Below are positions 51,201 through 64,000 of a stretch of DNA of 64,000 nt, one piece after another. Both the position numbers and the translations under genes were made by a program. The stretch is from Tubiluchus corallicola (Eukaryota; Animalia; Priapulida). Location: positions 62,001-126,000 of the forward strand of contig JAQGDQ010000285.1 in the NCBI GenBank assembly GCA_030141605.1, given 5' to 3'. Under the pieces are notes generated by a model. It had not been told where the DNA came from. It saw nothing but the letters and a program-made list of their open reading frames with translations, and searched no databases. The stretch's first letter is position 1. Each line of letters opens with the position of its first letter.

Positions 51201-54200
51201 AAGAACAATACAACTTCTCACTGCAATTAATGCTTTTACTGCAACTAATGGGCAATTTTACAGCTCCAGTGTTACAGCCATATCTCACTAGCGACAACAG
51301 ATTTTCTGTTATCAATTTTAATGCTTTCATATGCGTTTCTGATATCATCAACAGTGTTAGTAATGGCCAGGATAAAATCGGTATTCAAAGTGAGCCTTGA
51401 TGTGGAAGTCACAGTCAGCTATGTTGCTTATCTGTAGCAGTTCTTTTAGACTTTCATATGCAACATACTAGCTAGTGCAACATGGTATATATTAAAGCTA
51501 ATATATCAAAGCACATTTAACACATATTGTACAATTAAGTTAATAATAGTCTAGGTTAGAATTTTAAGGACAATGACAACTCGGACCTATTTACATGTAA
51601 CTAGAATACTAGTCTCAGTTTCAAAAATGATATAAATTTATAAAAGATCATATTGTAAAATGCTTAGCTCTGCTGAACACGTTCATAGTCCTATTCAAAC
51701 TCGAGATAACGTACAATCAATGCGAATGCCCAGACAAAAACAACCTAAATTTTTAAATTTTATTCACCTGTATAACCTCAGTGCCTGAAGTAAAGCTCCT
51801 GTCTCGATCTCCACGTGCTTGTAGCTTATCAATAGCTTCATACAGGTGATTTCCAGCATCTTGAATCTGTTTGACGATAACAACAAAAAAACTGAAAAAA
51901 TGCCATCAATATCATTTAAAAGCATATAAAATCTAATCAAAAAGTCTTAAATTCTGCAAAAAATTTCACAGCTTCAAAAATAATAACATGATACATTAAT
52001 ATAATCAGTATACACCAGCTTAAAAAGTTCAGTACTATCCTTACCAACCTTTCTGCACATAACACTTGGTAACATATCTCGTATGTTTGACAAAAGTAAA
52101 AAACGAGCATGTTCTCAGCATTAAAATACGCATTCAAGACAGATTAGATAAGTGGGTGATACGTGGCCTCCTAGGTCAGATACTCACTCCAGGTTATTTG
52201 CAAACCTTAGCTATTTGCCACAGGAATGTGGCTGAGTTACCTCTTCTGATTCACTGGCTCATCTCAGGATAGCTTTGATAATGAGCCAGTCTACAGACAT
52301 ATCAAAGCACATTTTCAGCAAGCCCTGCCCTTGAGTGCTGGATTCTGTTTGTATTGTAGCAACGTGTATAAAAAAAATTAACAGCTAATTCTGCCCTTAT
52401 TTAACCCAGAAAGAGTTGGCAACCATGATTTATGATACTTGATCACTACAGTTTATTTAAGATTATTTTTTTATGTTTAACAAAGAAATAATGAAGTTGA
52501 CATACTTGTTGCAGTTTCCAAGGTGCATCAGGTAAAATATGTGTCTTGTGAATTTGGCTTTGATGTTTGAAAACTTTTAAGACAATATCCTAAGAAAAAC
52601 AGTTCAATATATATAAGTTTATAGAATCAATTTTAGAAAACGAGTTAAAGTACCATGAGATTCCATTAACGATTAATAGTTAAAGGCCTATATCACACCA
52701 ACAGACATCGAAGTTTTTTTAATGCATTATTATGATTACACAAAGAATTCATAGTTATTATTAAACAAAAGAGACTTATAAATTAAATAAGTTACTTTTT
52801 TCTGACGAATTTCGAACGCGTGCCAAAAAGATCGCCATGTTTCGAGTCTTTGACGTGAGTGAACGAGAATGACATACGAGATACAGAAAGCGTCTTTGGT
52901 TACTGATGTTTGTTTGCGATGTTTGGTTTAATGTAATTTACATAATTAGGCAAATCTCCACCTGACATGTTGAACACATCTGACGTTTTCTACAAACTTG
53001 TTATTGGGAAAACCAATAACATGATTGAGCGTTTTAGAAATTATTATCAGTATCGTAGCCCAGCCGTAAGCCTTTCCATTATGCCAGAACAGACAGTAGT
53101 GTTTTTTAGAGACCGAGAGCCCGATATTTAATTTGACGCAGAAATTTGGAACATCATGAGCTGGTGCGCATAATGTTCATTTGCAATATGGTCGCTCAGT
53201 TATTCTGTAACAGAACCCTTAAGAAATATCATGATAGAAAATGAAAATACTTGTGATGTTGATTTAGATTTTAGAGCATTGTTTTTTATCTGCACACGGA
53301 TACATACACGCAACTATGCAAACACCTACGATCTACACTGATGCTTTACTTTTCTTAACATACATAATAACTGTCATATATGTTAAAAGAGCCAGACTGA
53401 AACTATAAATTTAATAGGTAGACTAGCATTCTTCTAACTTTATGACAGTTACCAAACGCAAATGTATGACAGCAGACCTAATCCTACAGTATATTTGTTG
53501 TACTTAATCACACTTTATAAACTTTACGTCTGAACTAAAAAACTAAAAAAGTAAAAACATAAATGAGAAAGTAAACAATACCGCCTGATGAATGTTGTCG
53601 CCAAGCAGTGTAGCAACGCACTTGATGCTGTCTGCGTTAGGTGACGTAAGTAGAAACTTCTCTGGCTTCACGATATTTTCAGCATCCTGCAGACGCAGAG
53701 GATAGCGTCTTGCACATTCCTGGAGAGAAGCAACAGATTTTTAACCCATCAAATGGACAAGCAAATGAATGAATCAGCCTAATGACTAGACTTAGTTAAT
53801 ATTTAGTGCTCATTACTTTTTTCTATATAAGCATAAGATGTCGTTTGTGATACACACTGTTACAGTAAGAGAAAGATGGGAAATCATCATAATAATTAGC
53901 TTTTCTAGTACAAAAAACCACAAAGTATCAGTGAATTATAACTACATAAATCTGATAAGGAGACCATGTGATGTCTTTTCAGAGGAATATGGGGTTAATT
54001 GTTGGCTTTAATAATAAAAGAATGGAAAATTAAACACTAGACATACTACTGACAAAATCAATTAATGAATGAAGATTATAGCCAAGCACATTCTAAAGAA
54101 TAAACAGAATTCTAAAACCACCTTGTGGAGTCTTAATAACACAAAACGTAATAAAACTGGGCTAAGAAAGCAATATTACTCCTATTATAAATTAATACTA

Positions 54201-55455
54201 ATTATAAAGTTCACGGTAGGAAGTCTTACCAATAGTAACGTGTGTATTTGACCCAACATTGAAGGCACTTCCTTATTCAATAACCAGCGAAACTCATCCC
54301 TCTGAAAGCACACCAATGTTAACAATATCAAATTTAGAAATTAAAAAATTACAAAAAAAACTTCAGTACAATTATAAACAGAAATTGAGTCACATGCAAA
54401 ATTTTCCGAACAAAGACTTTCCTTAAAAATGCATTATTCACCATCCATACATAATTCTTAAAATTTAGAGAACCACCTTTCTAGCAAAAAAACACTCCCA
54501 TTTTTATCAACTGTTTCAAATTTTTATTCATTCTTAGACTATTCATTCTAATCATACACTAATTTGTAAAGTTGCATGAATCAGAAACCGTGTGAAGATA
54601 AACTTACCAATAGGTAGAGTGAAAACGGACACATAAATGAACCCTCATTGGTTAAGTACTGATTTTTTCCTATTACACAATTATAAGTTTTCATTTTCCA
54701 CCAGTTTAGTCAGTTTCTGTACTCCTGTTCATTTCAGCATCAATATCACAGGCAGTCACAGTGTATTACAAACAATTGTAATGTGGTTCTGTTTTTTTAT
54801 TTATTATTATTATCACATTCAGTACAATATAATGACATTAAGCACCGTGACATCAAAATTATTATAACATCTACTGTATTAAATTCTTATGTTTCATACA
54901 CTATCGTTATCATAAAAGAATAATTGTACTGCAGTGGGCTAGAGAAGCAAAGGCTTGTATAAGCCCACTGTCATGTGAACCCGATAAAAAAAGAATGGAT
55001 GAGTGAACAGTTCTTCCACCTAGTACTATAGTTGTAAACAGTTTTTGAAAAGGCAAACGATTATATTTTATAATATAATGAAACAAAAATCATCATGCAC
55101 TCAATTCAATTTTTTGGCAGACTACCGGAAATCTCGTTTTCAGTTTTGTTCTTTTCAATTCAATTCAATTCGATTTCAATAGATTTACTTCGCAATACTT
55201 TACACCTCCAAGAAAATGACAATTTTATAAATGCGTAAGTTGCAAGTTTTTCCAAAATAACTCAAGTGACTGCATACTATACCATGCATTTCCTTCAGGG
55301 AAGAGCTTCACTGTAAAACGTTTATTCACTTAGTCATTAGTAAATAAATTTAAATCTAAACTTACAAATTAAATCTAAATTTATGGAACAAGTAAATAAA
55401 AATCACTTACCAGCACATGCAGCTCTAAATCCTCTTCAGCTGTATTATCTGACAT
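48265..55455 (-). CDS. ROGDI: Protein rogdi; complement join 55411..55455, 54230..54301, 53582..53719, 52506..52589, 51768..51866, 50781..50879, 49911..50120, 48265..48306 (262 aa)
   Basis: Spliced product includes DEFRWLLNKEV, KCVATLLGDNIHQADI, PWKLQQIQDAGNHL, LVMPKKKTIDELMNSPNM, ISFYIQSHKLVFAVYHL and [34 protein letters not shown], all Rogdi hallmarks. All seven introns are phase 0; the last has a GC donor. Confidence 0.93.
49043..49275 (+). mobile_element. tRNA-derived SINE, antisense in the last Rogdi intron
   Basis: A-box-like gtaactcaatggtagc and B box ggttcaactcc (49093-49103), then a gagtcatac..aaacttcaaaaa body and an (att)-rich tail. No complete cloverleaf. Confidence 0.65.
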
Positions 55456-58400
55456 TCTTGGACTTAATAACCGTTAACCTGCTAACCGATGACAAATCTC
55501 AGTTTTTTTATAACTTTAAAAAACAAGCAAGAGATATTAAACGTAACAGATATCAACAAGAAATAATCTATATTGAAGATGATGCAAAAAGTTACTTTAT
55601 TTTTGCAGTGTATGTTTACATTTTGCCAACTCTGGATCTGATCTATAGTTACTCTCTGAAATGACTTCAGCATTTGTTGGAATATCTGAAATACTTAAAA
55701 GCATTTGAAAAGAACTATATATTTGACATTTGTTTAGACATTTAGCCATAGTCAACTGAAAAGAGACTGGAGGATAAAAATGATACAAGCTTACTGAATG
55801 AATTGTTTTATATTTGCAATTGTAGAATACTTATTATTTTTAATGATTGTAGTTTTACAAGTTCTTTGTAATCATAATTATAAATGTTGTTGTAATTGTG
55901 TGTGTATTTTTACATAATTTATGGCCTAGCTGTTGAACTAAAGAATCAAAACTAACCTAATTTAATCTAAGAATGAGAAACATTCTTGTAAAATGATTTA
56001 ACATGAATATGACAAAGTTCATTCATGTGAGTAATCCATCCATTTACCTGCTCTTGGTTTTTTGTCGATTTATTAGATTCATCAAAAGCTTGAACAAATA
56101 GACTATCTTCAAGTATAAGTTATGTACAAAATACCCAATTAAATTTTCCCTGTATCGTTTCCATCTTTGATTTGTCATATCGTTTGATAAACCTTTATTG
56201 CTTACAACTTTTTGCCATTTACTCTGCATAATGAAAACCACCTGTCTTTTGAAAAAAGGATGTAATGGCTGCGAAAATGCATATCGTGAAAGCCAAAGCT
56301 GTAAATTAGGTAGACCTAATTAATGTAGTATGACATATTATTATGAAGGCAAACAATGAATTCTGATTTTGACTCGCATTTGTGATTTTACTATATTCAC
56401 TATACTAGTAAATTAGTGTTTATTTGTGATTTGCAAATGACTAGGTTGCTGTTGCTCAGCTAAAGACAAGCTTTCAATTTTAACGCTCACAATCCAGAAA
56501 TAATTCAAGATACGAAAGTTTGCAGATCTGGAGTCACTTAACATGTTGTGTTTATTTTACTGTTAACACTTAAAATATAACAAAGAACACATGCAGAAAA
56601 ATATTTGTAAAACACTGCCCATATAGCATAAAGTTGATTTATACAATCTCTGCATACAAATTTTCAGATATAGTGTTAGCCACCATTTATTTATCACGTA
56701 ACTGGTGGACTTCGTGACTCTCGTATGCACGTTATGGCTTTCCATAAGCACATGCTACTTAAAGTAATTAAAACTTCTGCTGCTTGCGTAATGCTTTTGC
56801 AAAAATATCGCAAATTAGCTATCTGATTTTTTATAAAAACTTAATATACTTTTGACAGAAATTGACAGTGTGTTGCTTTTCTTCAGCTGATGAACGACGT
56901 CATTGGTGGAATAGGTGTTCAAAATGAAGATGAAGTGTGAAATATTCGCTACCTTAAGGTGATTTAACTAATTACAGGAAGCACTTACCAAACTTTTATT
57001 ATCAAATCCTTCTAACATTTTTTGCAAACAATGAAATTGTTTTTTTAAAGCCAATATTCTGATCATTGAAGATATTTCTTTGATCGAGGTTGAGAAAGTC
57101 GGCTTTGAAGGCTATGGGCAAGCTATACTATAGTATTTGAACTGAATTCACTGCTTATTCCAATTGCCATAATACAACATTGTAGTTTGTAGTTTTGTAC
57201 ATCATTACAAATATAAACGTACAACAGTCTACAACGAAATAAAGAAGAAACAACAATAAGAATCCTATGTCCCAATGAACAACATGATGCATTATCAGCT
57301 CCGATCAAAAGATACCTTATGAGTGTACTATAGTAGTCTAGGGCTTACTGACTGAATGATTTTTCTGTATTCTTCGTCTTTTGTATACTTCTTCCAGCCC
57401 TCTCGACTTCACTTTCTTTCATTACTTTAAAAAATATATTCGTTTAGACTTAGATCATACATTTTGCACATCTTAAATTATCTTCTTCAGGTGGAAATAA
57501 AATTCAACACGGGAAAACTTTGCTGCATGCTTACCGGTAATTTTCTGCGCTTCCTTTAGCCAAAGATTAGGGAACCCAGTTTAATTACATGAATTCAAAT
57601 GAAAACATGTATGCATTGGTTCTAAAGTGGGATAGAAATTTATATATACCACTGTATGTAAAAAAACAGGAAAGGTAACAAAAATTAATTATATACAGTA
57701 GTCTGAAACAGTTTTGAAGTGTACGAAATTAATTTTATAATGTGGTTGGTCTGTAAAGTATGAGCGTAAGCCACACTAGAAGTGTTTTACTACATAAATA
57801 AATGCACAGTAGTCATGAAACATTACTCAGCCGAAGAGAATGACCATTTAAGACATTAATATTCAATTGACTGATATAAGTATTTTTAATTTATAGTTGA
57901 CAAAACTGGGACAGAGGCTGAAAATTGTAACAAAGAGAATAAAAAACTAATTTGCTAAAACTCAAACTGAAGCATAGTTTCCTAAAACGTAGCTGTCTTT
58001 AGAGTTACAGAAAATTGGGGCTAAATTACTGCAATTTAACTCCCATGCAGACTTTCATATTAAACCCCAAACTTGCCTTAAAGTTGCAAATTTAGTACAC
58101 TGGGTGTCAGAATTTAGTAATGATTATCATTTAGTACACTGATAATTCAAGAATATTCCGGAGTATCCCAAGGCAAAGTATCTACATAAACTGTACAGAG
58201 TGTTTAGGATCAGAGGTTGAATGAACCACCTTTTAATCATCCTATCGCTTGATTTGCATGCTGGCTTACAAATTTTAACACATTAGCAAAAGACTTCAAA
58301 TTATGAGGCAAAATGTCAAAAGCTTTGCATTCCAATACTAAATTAACTAGCTACCAGACAAAAATGCCAACAATAAAGTTTTGATGAACATATGTATATG

Positions 58401-59005
58401 TTATAATATTGTACAATAAAAAATGGCTTTATTTCGAATCAGCTGATGTCATCGGCATTCAATTAAAATTTGAATCAATTACAATGCAGACTAGTTATAA
58501 TGAAATCCAAATAAAATAAAATTGTTATTAAATAATACTTATTACAATGGATATGAATTGATAATGTTGATTAACACTACTTTTTTTAATGAAATAGATA
58601 ATTTTTCCTTATTTGCAAGAAAGTTTTGATATGTAACTGGATGACTGCATTCTTTCTCAAAAGAGTAGCATCACCAATGTTTCATCAGTGTTGATTCTTG
58701 CTTGGTGAGCACCATGTTCTCCTAAAATCAAACTTGACTTAAAGCAGAATTCATCACTGAGTTTGGATTTGAATCCAGGATCTTTGGATATTAGACCATT
58801 GACCATTGGACCTCATGGCATCTTGTGATTGATTACACATTACAGTACACAACACTTCATCCTATCACTAATTCTTTTCTCATGTTGGTCACTGTATAAA
58901 GTTGTTGCGACTGGGGCTCGGACACTATTTGCTAGCACCAGACAAATCAGACAAATTTGTGCATATATTCTAAGTACCTTTTTAGCTTAGTTTGTAGTCG
59001 TACAT

Positions 59006-60010
59006 TTATTTGGAAGAGCTTGCAGTTGTAGCCCTTACAATAACACCAGTTTTCTTTAACGGCAGCAATTTTTTCCGACTTAGTTTTAACTGTCGAGGAA
59101 CAAGTTTTAGTGTCGGTCTTTCTGGACAATATATTTTTACAACTTTTTCCACTATTTTGTTTTTCCACAAGGAATTGTTCGTCCTCGGAGATTTAAGATT
59201 TTTTAGATACAATTTGTTGCCAGTCCAATCCTTTTCACAGCTGTCACTAAAGAAATAATCGCTCCTTAAACTGGAAGGCAAAGGAGGTGGGGGAAATGTG
59301 GGAAATGATCCCGAGAAACTGGGGTACAAATTACCATCCAACAAATTAGTACTGGCTGATTGGAACACCTTATCGGTAACTGCTGATACAGTTAAAGGCA
59401 CAAAAGTTGAAGAAGGAGGCAAATCTTTACTGCTATTTTGGTGAGGCACTACTGTTTCACACTCAGGTTGTTTGGTGTCTGCTTTCAATGCTGAACCTGT
59501 CAGAGAAGACTTCAACGAGTGTCTTGCAGCGTTAGCCACTTTTTCCCTTTCTTTTGAAATTTCGAAACTGTATTTTTTTACTAAGGATGATATTATTCTT
59601 CTTCTCTCCTCCAACTTAGCTCTTGTTTCTTGAACCGTTTCATGTTCTGGTGCATAGCAAACATGCAGAACATTTCCAAAAAATACATAATTATCCAATT
59701 TGCACTTTGCCATTCTTGCTTTATGTAGCTGGGCAAATTTTAACAAGTACACATTTGTAAACTTTTCCTTGGGATAATCTTTGAGGCAATTATATTCACT
59801 GATTTCACCATACAAAGAAAATAGATTTAAAAGATCTTCCGCGCTGCAGGTCGATGGAACAAACTGAACTAGCAAGAATTTTGACTCTTGGGCAACACTA
59901 TATGCTTTTACTGCTTTAAGTTTCCTGCCTTTGCGATAAGGTCGCCGTGTAAAGCAGAATTCTTGTTGTATGTGGTGTTGTGGCATTGTACACATCATCT
60001 GATCATTCAT
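59006..60010 (-). CDS. RBM48: RNA-binding protein 48 (RRM; minor spliceosome component), single coding exon, 334 aa
   Basis: HHIQQEFCFTRRPYRKGRKLKAVKAYSVAQESKFLLVQ, LFSLYGEISEY...DYPKEKFTNVYLLKF and AKCKLDNYVFFGNVLHVCYAPEHETVQETRAKLEERR match the RBM48 N-terminal RRM region. Acceptor ttttctttcag lies 13 nt upstream of the ATG at 60010. Confidence 0.92.
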   Translation of the reverse strand: MNDQMMCTMPQHHIQQEFCFTRRPYRKGRKLKAVKAYSVAQESKFLLVQFVPSTCSAEDLLNLFSLYGEISEYNCLKDYPKEKFTNVYLLKFAQLHKARMAKCKLDNYVFFGNVLHVCYAPEHETVQETRAKLEERRRIISSLVKKYSFEISKEREKVANAARHSLKSSLTGSALKADTKQPECETVVPHQNSSKDLPPSSTFVPLTVSAVTDKVFQSASTNLLDGNLYPSFSGSFPTFPPPPLPSSLRSDYFFSDSCEKDWTGNKLYLKNLKSPRTNNSLWKNKIVEKVVKIYCPERPTLKLVPRQLKLSRKKLLPLKKTGVIVRATTASSSK

Positions 60011-61339
60011 CTTAATGAGTATACTGAAAGAAAACAGGTGAGACAATCGTTTAATTTCATGTAACCTGCTTTAAAGACCTCTATACATAAAATCTGTGAA
60101 GCAGAATGATGAATGCTTTTTACAGCTCCTTTGAAGCTAGAAAGGCTTGTACTAATGAAGCAAATGTCTGTGTACTACTACAAGTTAGGAATATATCACA
60201 CACAAAGTACACTAGCATGGTGTTTACTGTTTATTAATATTACAAAAAGCTGGTTCTCTCTATTCTTAAAACATTTTTTCTTAGAAATAATAACAAAAGT
60301 TTTTTTTTCTGAAACAAACCTCTAAATGCCTGGGATTTGGCTACAACTATCAATTGATATTCTCCATTGATATATCATTACATTATGTACGTTACATTAG
60401 TTTAGTTCTTGGATAAGGTATAGCTCTGTAAAACTAAAAAAAGATCAAAACTAAGACTAGAGCAAAGCTGTTCAGCACGCTTAAGATTTTTCATCTTGAC
60501 TTTCAGCCATAGAATTCTTCAGTTTTGCTTAGCAAGTGACTATGTGAAATAATGGTAAGTACCTCTTTCTGTGCCACCAGCGTGCTAAATGCACTTTATA
60601 GTACATACAAATGCTAAATTAGTTTAGTCGCAAGTTCATTAATTATTTCTCGCCGAAAAAAGGGAATTTATTATTATTAATTACGTTATTTCCCCCCCCT
60701 TAAAACCTAAAACTTGCCTTCGCTGACCATTGCTTGTCAAAGGGCAAAAATTCTCAACTACAGTATTCTCCGAGCTTGCAAAGAAAAAGATTCATTTCGC
60801 TAGGCGCACCAGTTCGAATACATAAGAGAGAAGTTAGAGAACCTGCCCCGACCGTGACAAAGCACTTTATCCAAGATTTGGAAGCGTCAACTGACCAACT
60901 TACGTTTTGTTGCGCTTGGAATAAAAAATTGTTTATTTCTCCATAGTCGAAAATTTGATTAAGATAACTAAGTTCGACTTTGTTAATGCGATAGCTATAA
61001 AAAATTATGCATGTGCTTGTGCTGGACAGTGCAATTGCAGTGCAGTTTCAGATGTATATTGATGTAGTACAGTTTCACTAATCGAGTAATTAGTGTCTGG
61101 AATCCTCTACTATACATTCAAAATGTATTAAAAATACTAAACTGCTGCTATGGTAGTCCAGATGGTATACATTTTTAAATAAAACTTGTATCTGGTATTA
61201 GAGCTAGTGCTGCAGAGTAATCGTAGATGCACAGTTTTGTGGTTTCTACCCATGATTCTGATATTTATGATGTAATATCAACAGGCGTAGAAAAATAAAT
61301 GAATTTATAAACTTAACTATAGAGAAGTATAACTAGACC

Positions 61340-63350
61340 GTGATATTTAATTATGACAAACTCATAAATTTAATAGGTGGGTAAAGATAGCTCCTAGTAA
61401 GGGGGTACCTAGAACAAATTGCAATCGAATTTTCTTTTGAGATTCTGTTAGAGCGTGGTTTTGAATGGGTCACTGGAATTGATTTTTCATTATCAGTACT
61501 TGTAATAGAAATGGAATTTCTACAGATAGACCTCTGCGGACGTCTCCACAAACAGTGTCCACAAACATCATTTCTTTTGCATCTAGATGGTGCCTATGGA
61601 GGTCAAATGTCGACTGTTTCTCCTAAAATATCGATCCAGAAGAAAAGTATGTTGTGTTGGCATGTGATAGGAAAACACACATATGTGTTATACCAATGCC
61701 AATAAGCCTTTTCGTAGTTGCAGCGATTGACGATGACCATGAAAAGGTAGGAGTTTGGTGTACCAGACAATGCGTTTGTCTTGTAGGTACCGCTAGTGCA
61801 TATATGTATGATTTATTCCAGTGTCACATTTTTAACAATAACGAAGCAGAGATTTGATTTGCCCATCAGACTGTCCCCATCAGTAAGCTCTCAACAGTTA
61901 TAGCAATTGACAATGTCTTGAAAAGGTCAAAGGTTAAGTGTACCAGATAATGCATTTGCGTACACTTGACAACAGCCCATGCTATTGTAACAGTAACAGT
62001 TTTAGCAGCTAACTAGAACCTTACCTAGTTCATTTTTTCTTGTTTCCAAGGATGATCCTGCTAGTAAATCACCTTTACACAGACTAATGCATAATTAAGT
62101 GAAGTACATGTAAAACAACAACTGAAGTTACTGAACTGAGGCGGCAGACGGCTTTGCTTTACCCATGTGTCACGTGACGGTTGGAGTTAAGACACATTGC
62201 TGTGGTACACTTAACCTTCGATTTACAGCAACTGCACATGTGCATGCCGAATGTGATAAGGCTTATTGGAAATGTGACCTCATCTCCGCGTTTTACAAAA
62301 ACATTTTCACCCAAGCCACCCATACTCGTCCTGTCCGACCCTATGCCCGATAGCTATCCGATTATGCTCCTAGGCCATCCTGAGCAAGCTGACTTCACCC
62401 CTTGGCTTTGCACCACAGACTGCATTGATGTAGATTCTGTTGCATAGCAGCAAGACGTGCACCCTTTCCATGATAGTTCAGACTCTTTCCACTCTGAAGT
62501 TGCCTATGTGCCATACTTTGCATCTACTACTGTAGTTTCGCTTTGGCAACAAAGACGAATTGTACTAGAGAGTAAGTAAGCCAATTCCAGTGACTAACAT
62601 TATCAACAGACGCCGTCTTAAAGTCCTCCCCACATGTAATACATTACCAAAATGATGTACCTCTCTAATGGCAGCGCTTCCTTCCATGGCCTAGTGATGC
62701 AATGCTGCTCTAAATGACTTGACAACGGCGTCGTGACGTCATAAGTGACGTCACAACATTTATATGGTGCATTTGCCTATCAGCCGTCAACACATAATTT
62801 TCTTCAAGGATCGATTGTTAATGAGAAGTAGTCGACTTTTGACCTTTATAGGCACCATCTAGATGCCAAGGAAATGATGTTTGTGGACACTGTTTGTGGA
62901 GACGTATGCTCAATCTGTAGCTGATTTTCATTTCTAATACAAGTACTGATAACGAAAAATCAATTCCAGTGACCCATTTTCAACAAAAATGAAACAGTGA
63001 TGTTCTAAATACGTCATAATATTATTGTGACATCATCATGACGTCATAGATGAAAAACGGCACTTTTTTTGGAATCCGCCGGTGCACTTTCTTATCAGTC
63101 GATAATGCATACTTTTTATCTAGGTACGATGATTTAGGAGATGATGAGATATATCGGATTTTTGGCCCCATGCAGTAGGCGCCTTCTTGGATTCATGTAT
63201 AATCAAAAGTATCAAAGCCGATTTTGGCCGATTTTTTGTCGAGGGCACTTGATACTACATTCTAATAGAATCTGACGAAAAAAAATCTATTGCAATTTGT
63301 TCTAGGTTGTTTGCCATCTTTACCTCCTATAAGTTTCTGCATTAAAATAC
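61340..63350. repeat. Large interrupted inverted duplication (~61340-61650 vs ~62790-63350)
   Basis: aatgggtcactggaattgatttt..ttatcagtacttgta...acgtctccacaaacagtgtccacaaacatcattt..gcatctagatggtgcctat is mirrored at 62810-62980; ctagaacaaattgcaat is mirrored at ~63289-63305. Confidence 0.85.
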
Positions 63351-63603
63351 GGCACGTTGTACTTGGTAAACGAAAATGTAAAGTTAAGGTTCAGGACTGA
63401 TTTAAAGATTATGTGTTAAGATACCTGGTATAGATTTTTGCAACACCATATATTGTAATACAAATATATATAAGTAGTAATATACATGATATGAGCTTGA
63501 ATACTACAAAGTTGAATTTCTGTAGATATGTTATTTTACTAAGTTCCCATTATCTATTTTGCTAACATTCTGTTGTCTTTGTAAACTGTATATTTTTATG
63601 TGA

Positions 63604-63775
<172 letters not shown>

Positions 63776-64000
63776 AGAGAGATTTATTTTTATTTATTTA
63801 AAATCTTTATTAATAAAACCTCTACTTGCAGGTACAACATTAGCATAAGTATAAATTTTACAAATTGTCTAATAAAATAATAAAATAAAGTGACTCTAAA
63901 CACAGTATAAATTACAAATTAAAATTACAAAGATAGCAAAAGTACAACCGCTAGTTTAATAACACGTATCATGATACTCCTGATATTTGCTGTCTAATGA

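Noticed and set aside
60011-60046. ORF-track N-terminal extension of RBM48 (MSHLFSFSILIK)
   Set aside because: It starts at TTG and crosses a splice acceptor; the ATG at 60010 is the likelier start.

Overview
AT-rich, intron-rich genomic DNA from an animal, most likely a protostome invertebrate (inferred from the protein sequences). Most entries in the ORF track are microsatellite or intron noise. Reading splice sites by hand gives six genes: the last coding exon of ZNHIT6/BCD1 (+), a 3-exon Golgi carbohydrate sulfotransferase (-), a 4-exon luqin/RYamide neuropeptide precursor (+, not visible as a single ORF), a 6-exon non-muscle essential myosin light chain (-), an 8-exon Rogdi with one GC-AG intron (-), and RBM48 with a single coding exon (-). 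The most notable item is the neuropeptide precursor. It encodes two predicted amidated peptides, DRFSQSQWRPSGRYa and WLSQTRYa. The first joins the luqin WRPxGR core to an RYamide end, the second lies on its own frame-preserving 57-nt exon, and the C-x10-C tail typical of the family follows. Non-coding parts hold MITEs and a hAT element with target-site duplications, an apparently chimeric LINE inside a minisatellite, a tRNA-derived SINE, several long inverted repeats and many microsatellites. All family assignments come from motif recognition; no database search was run.
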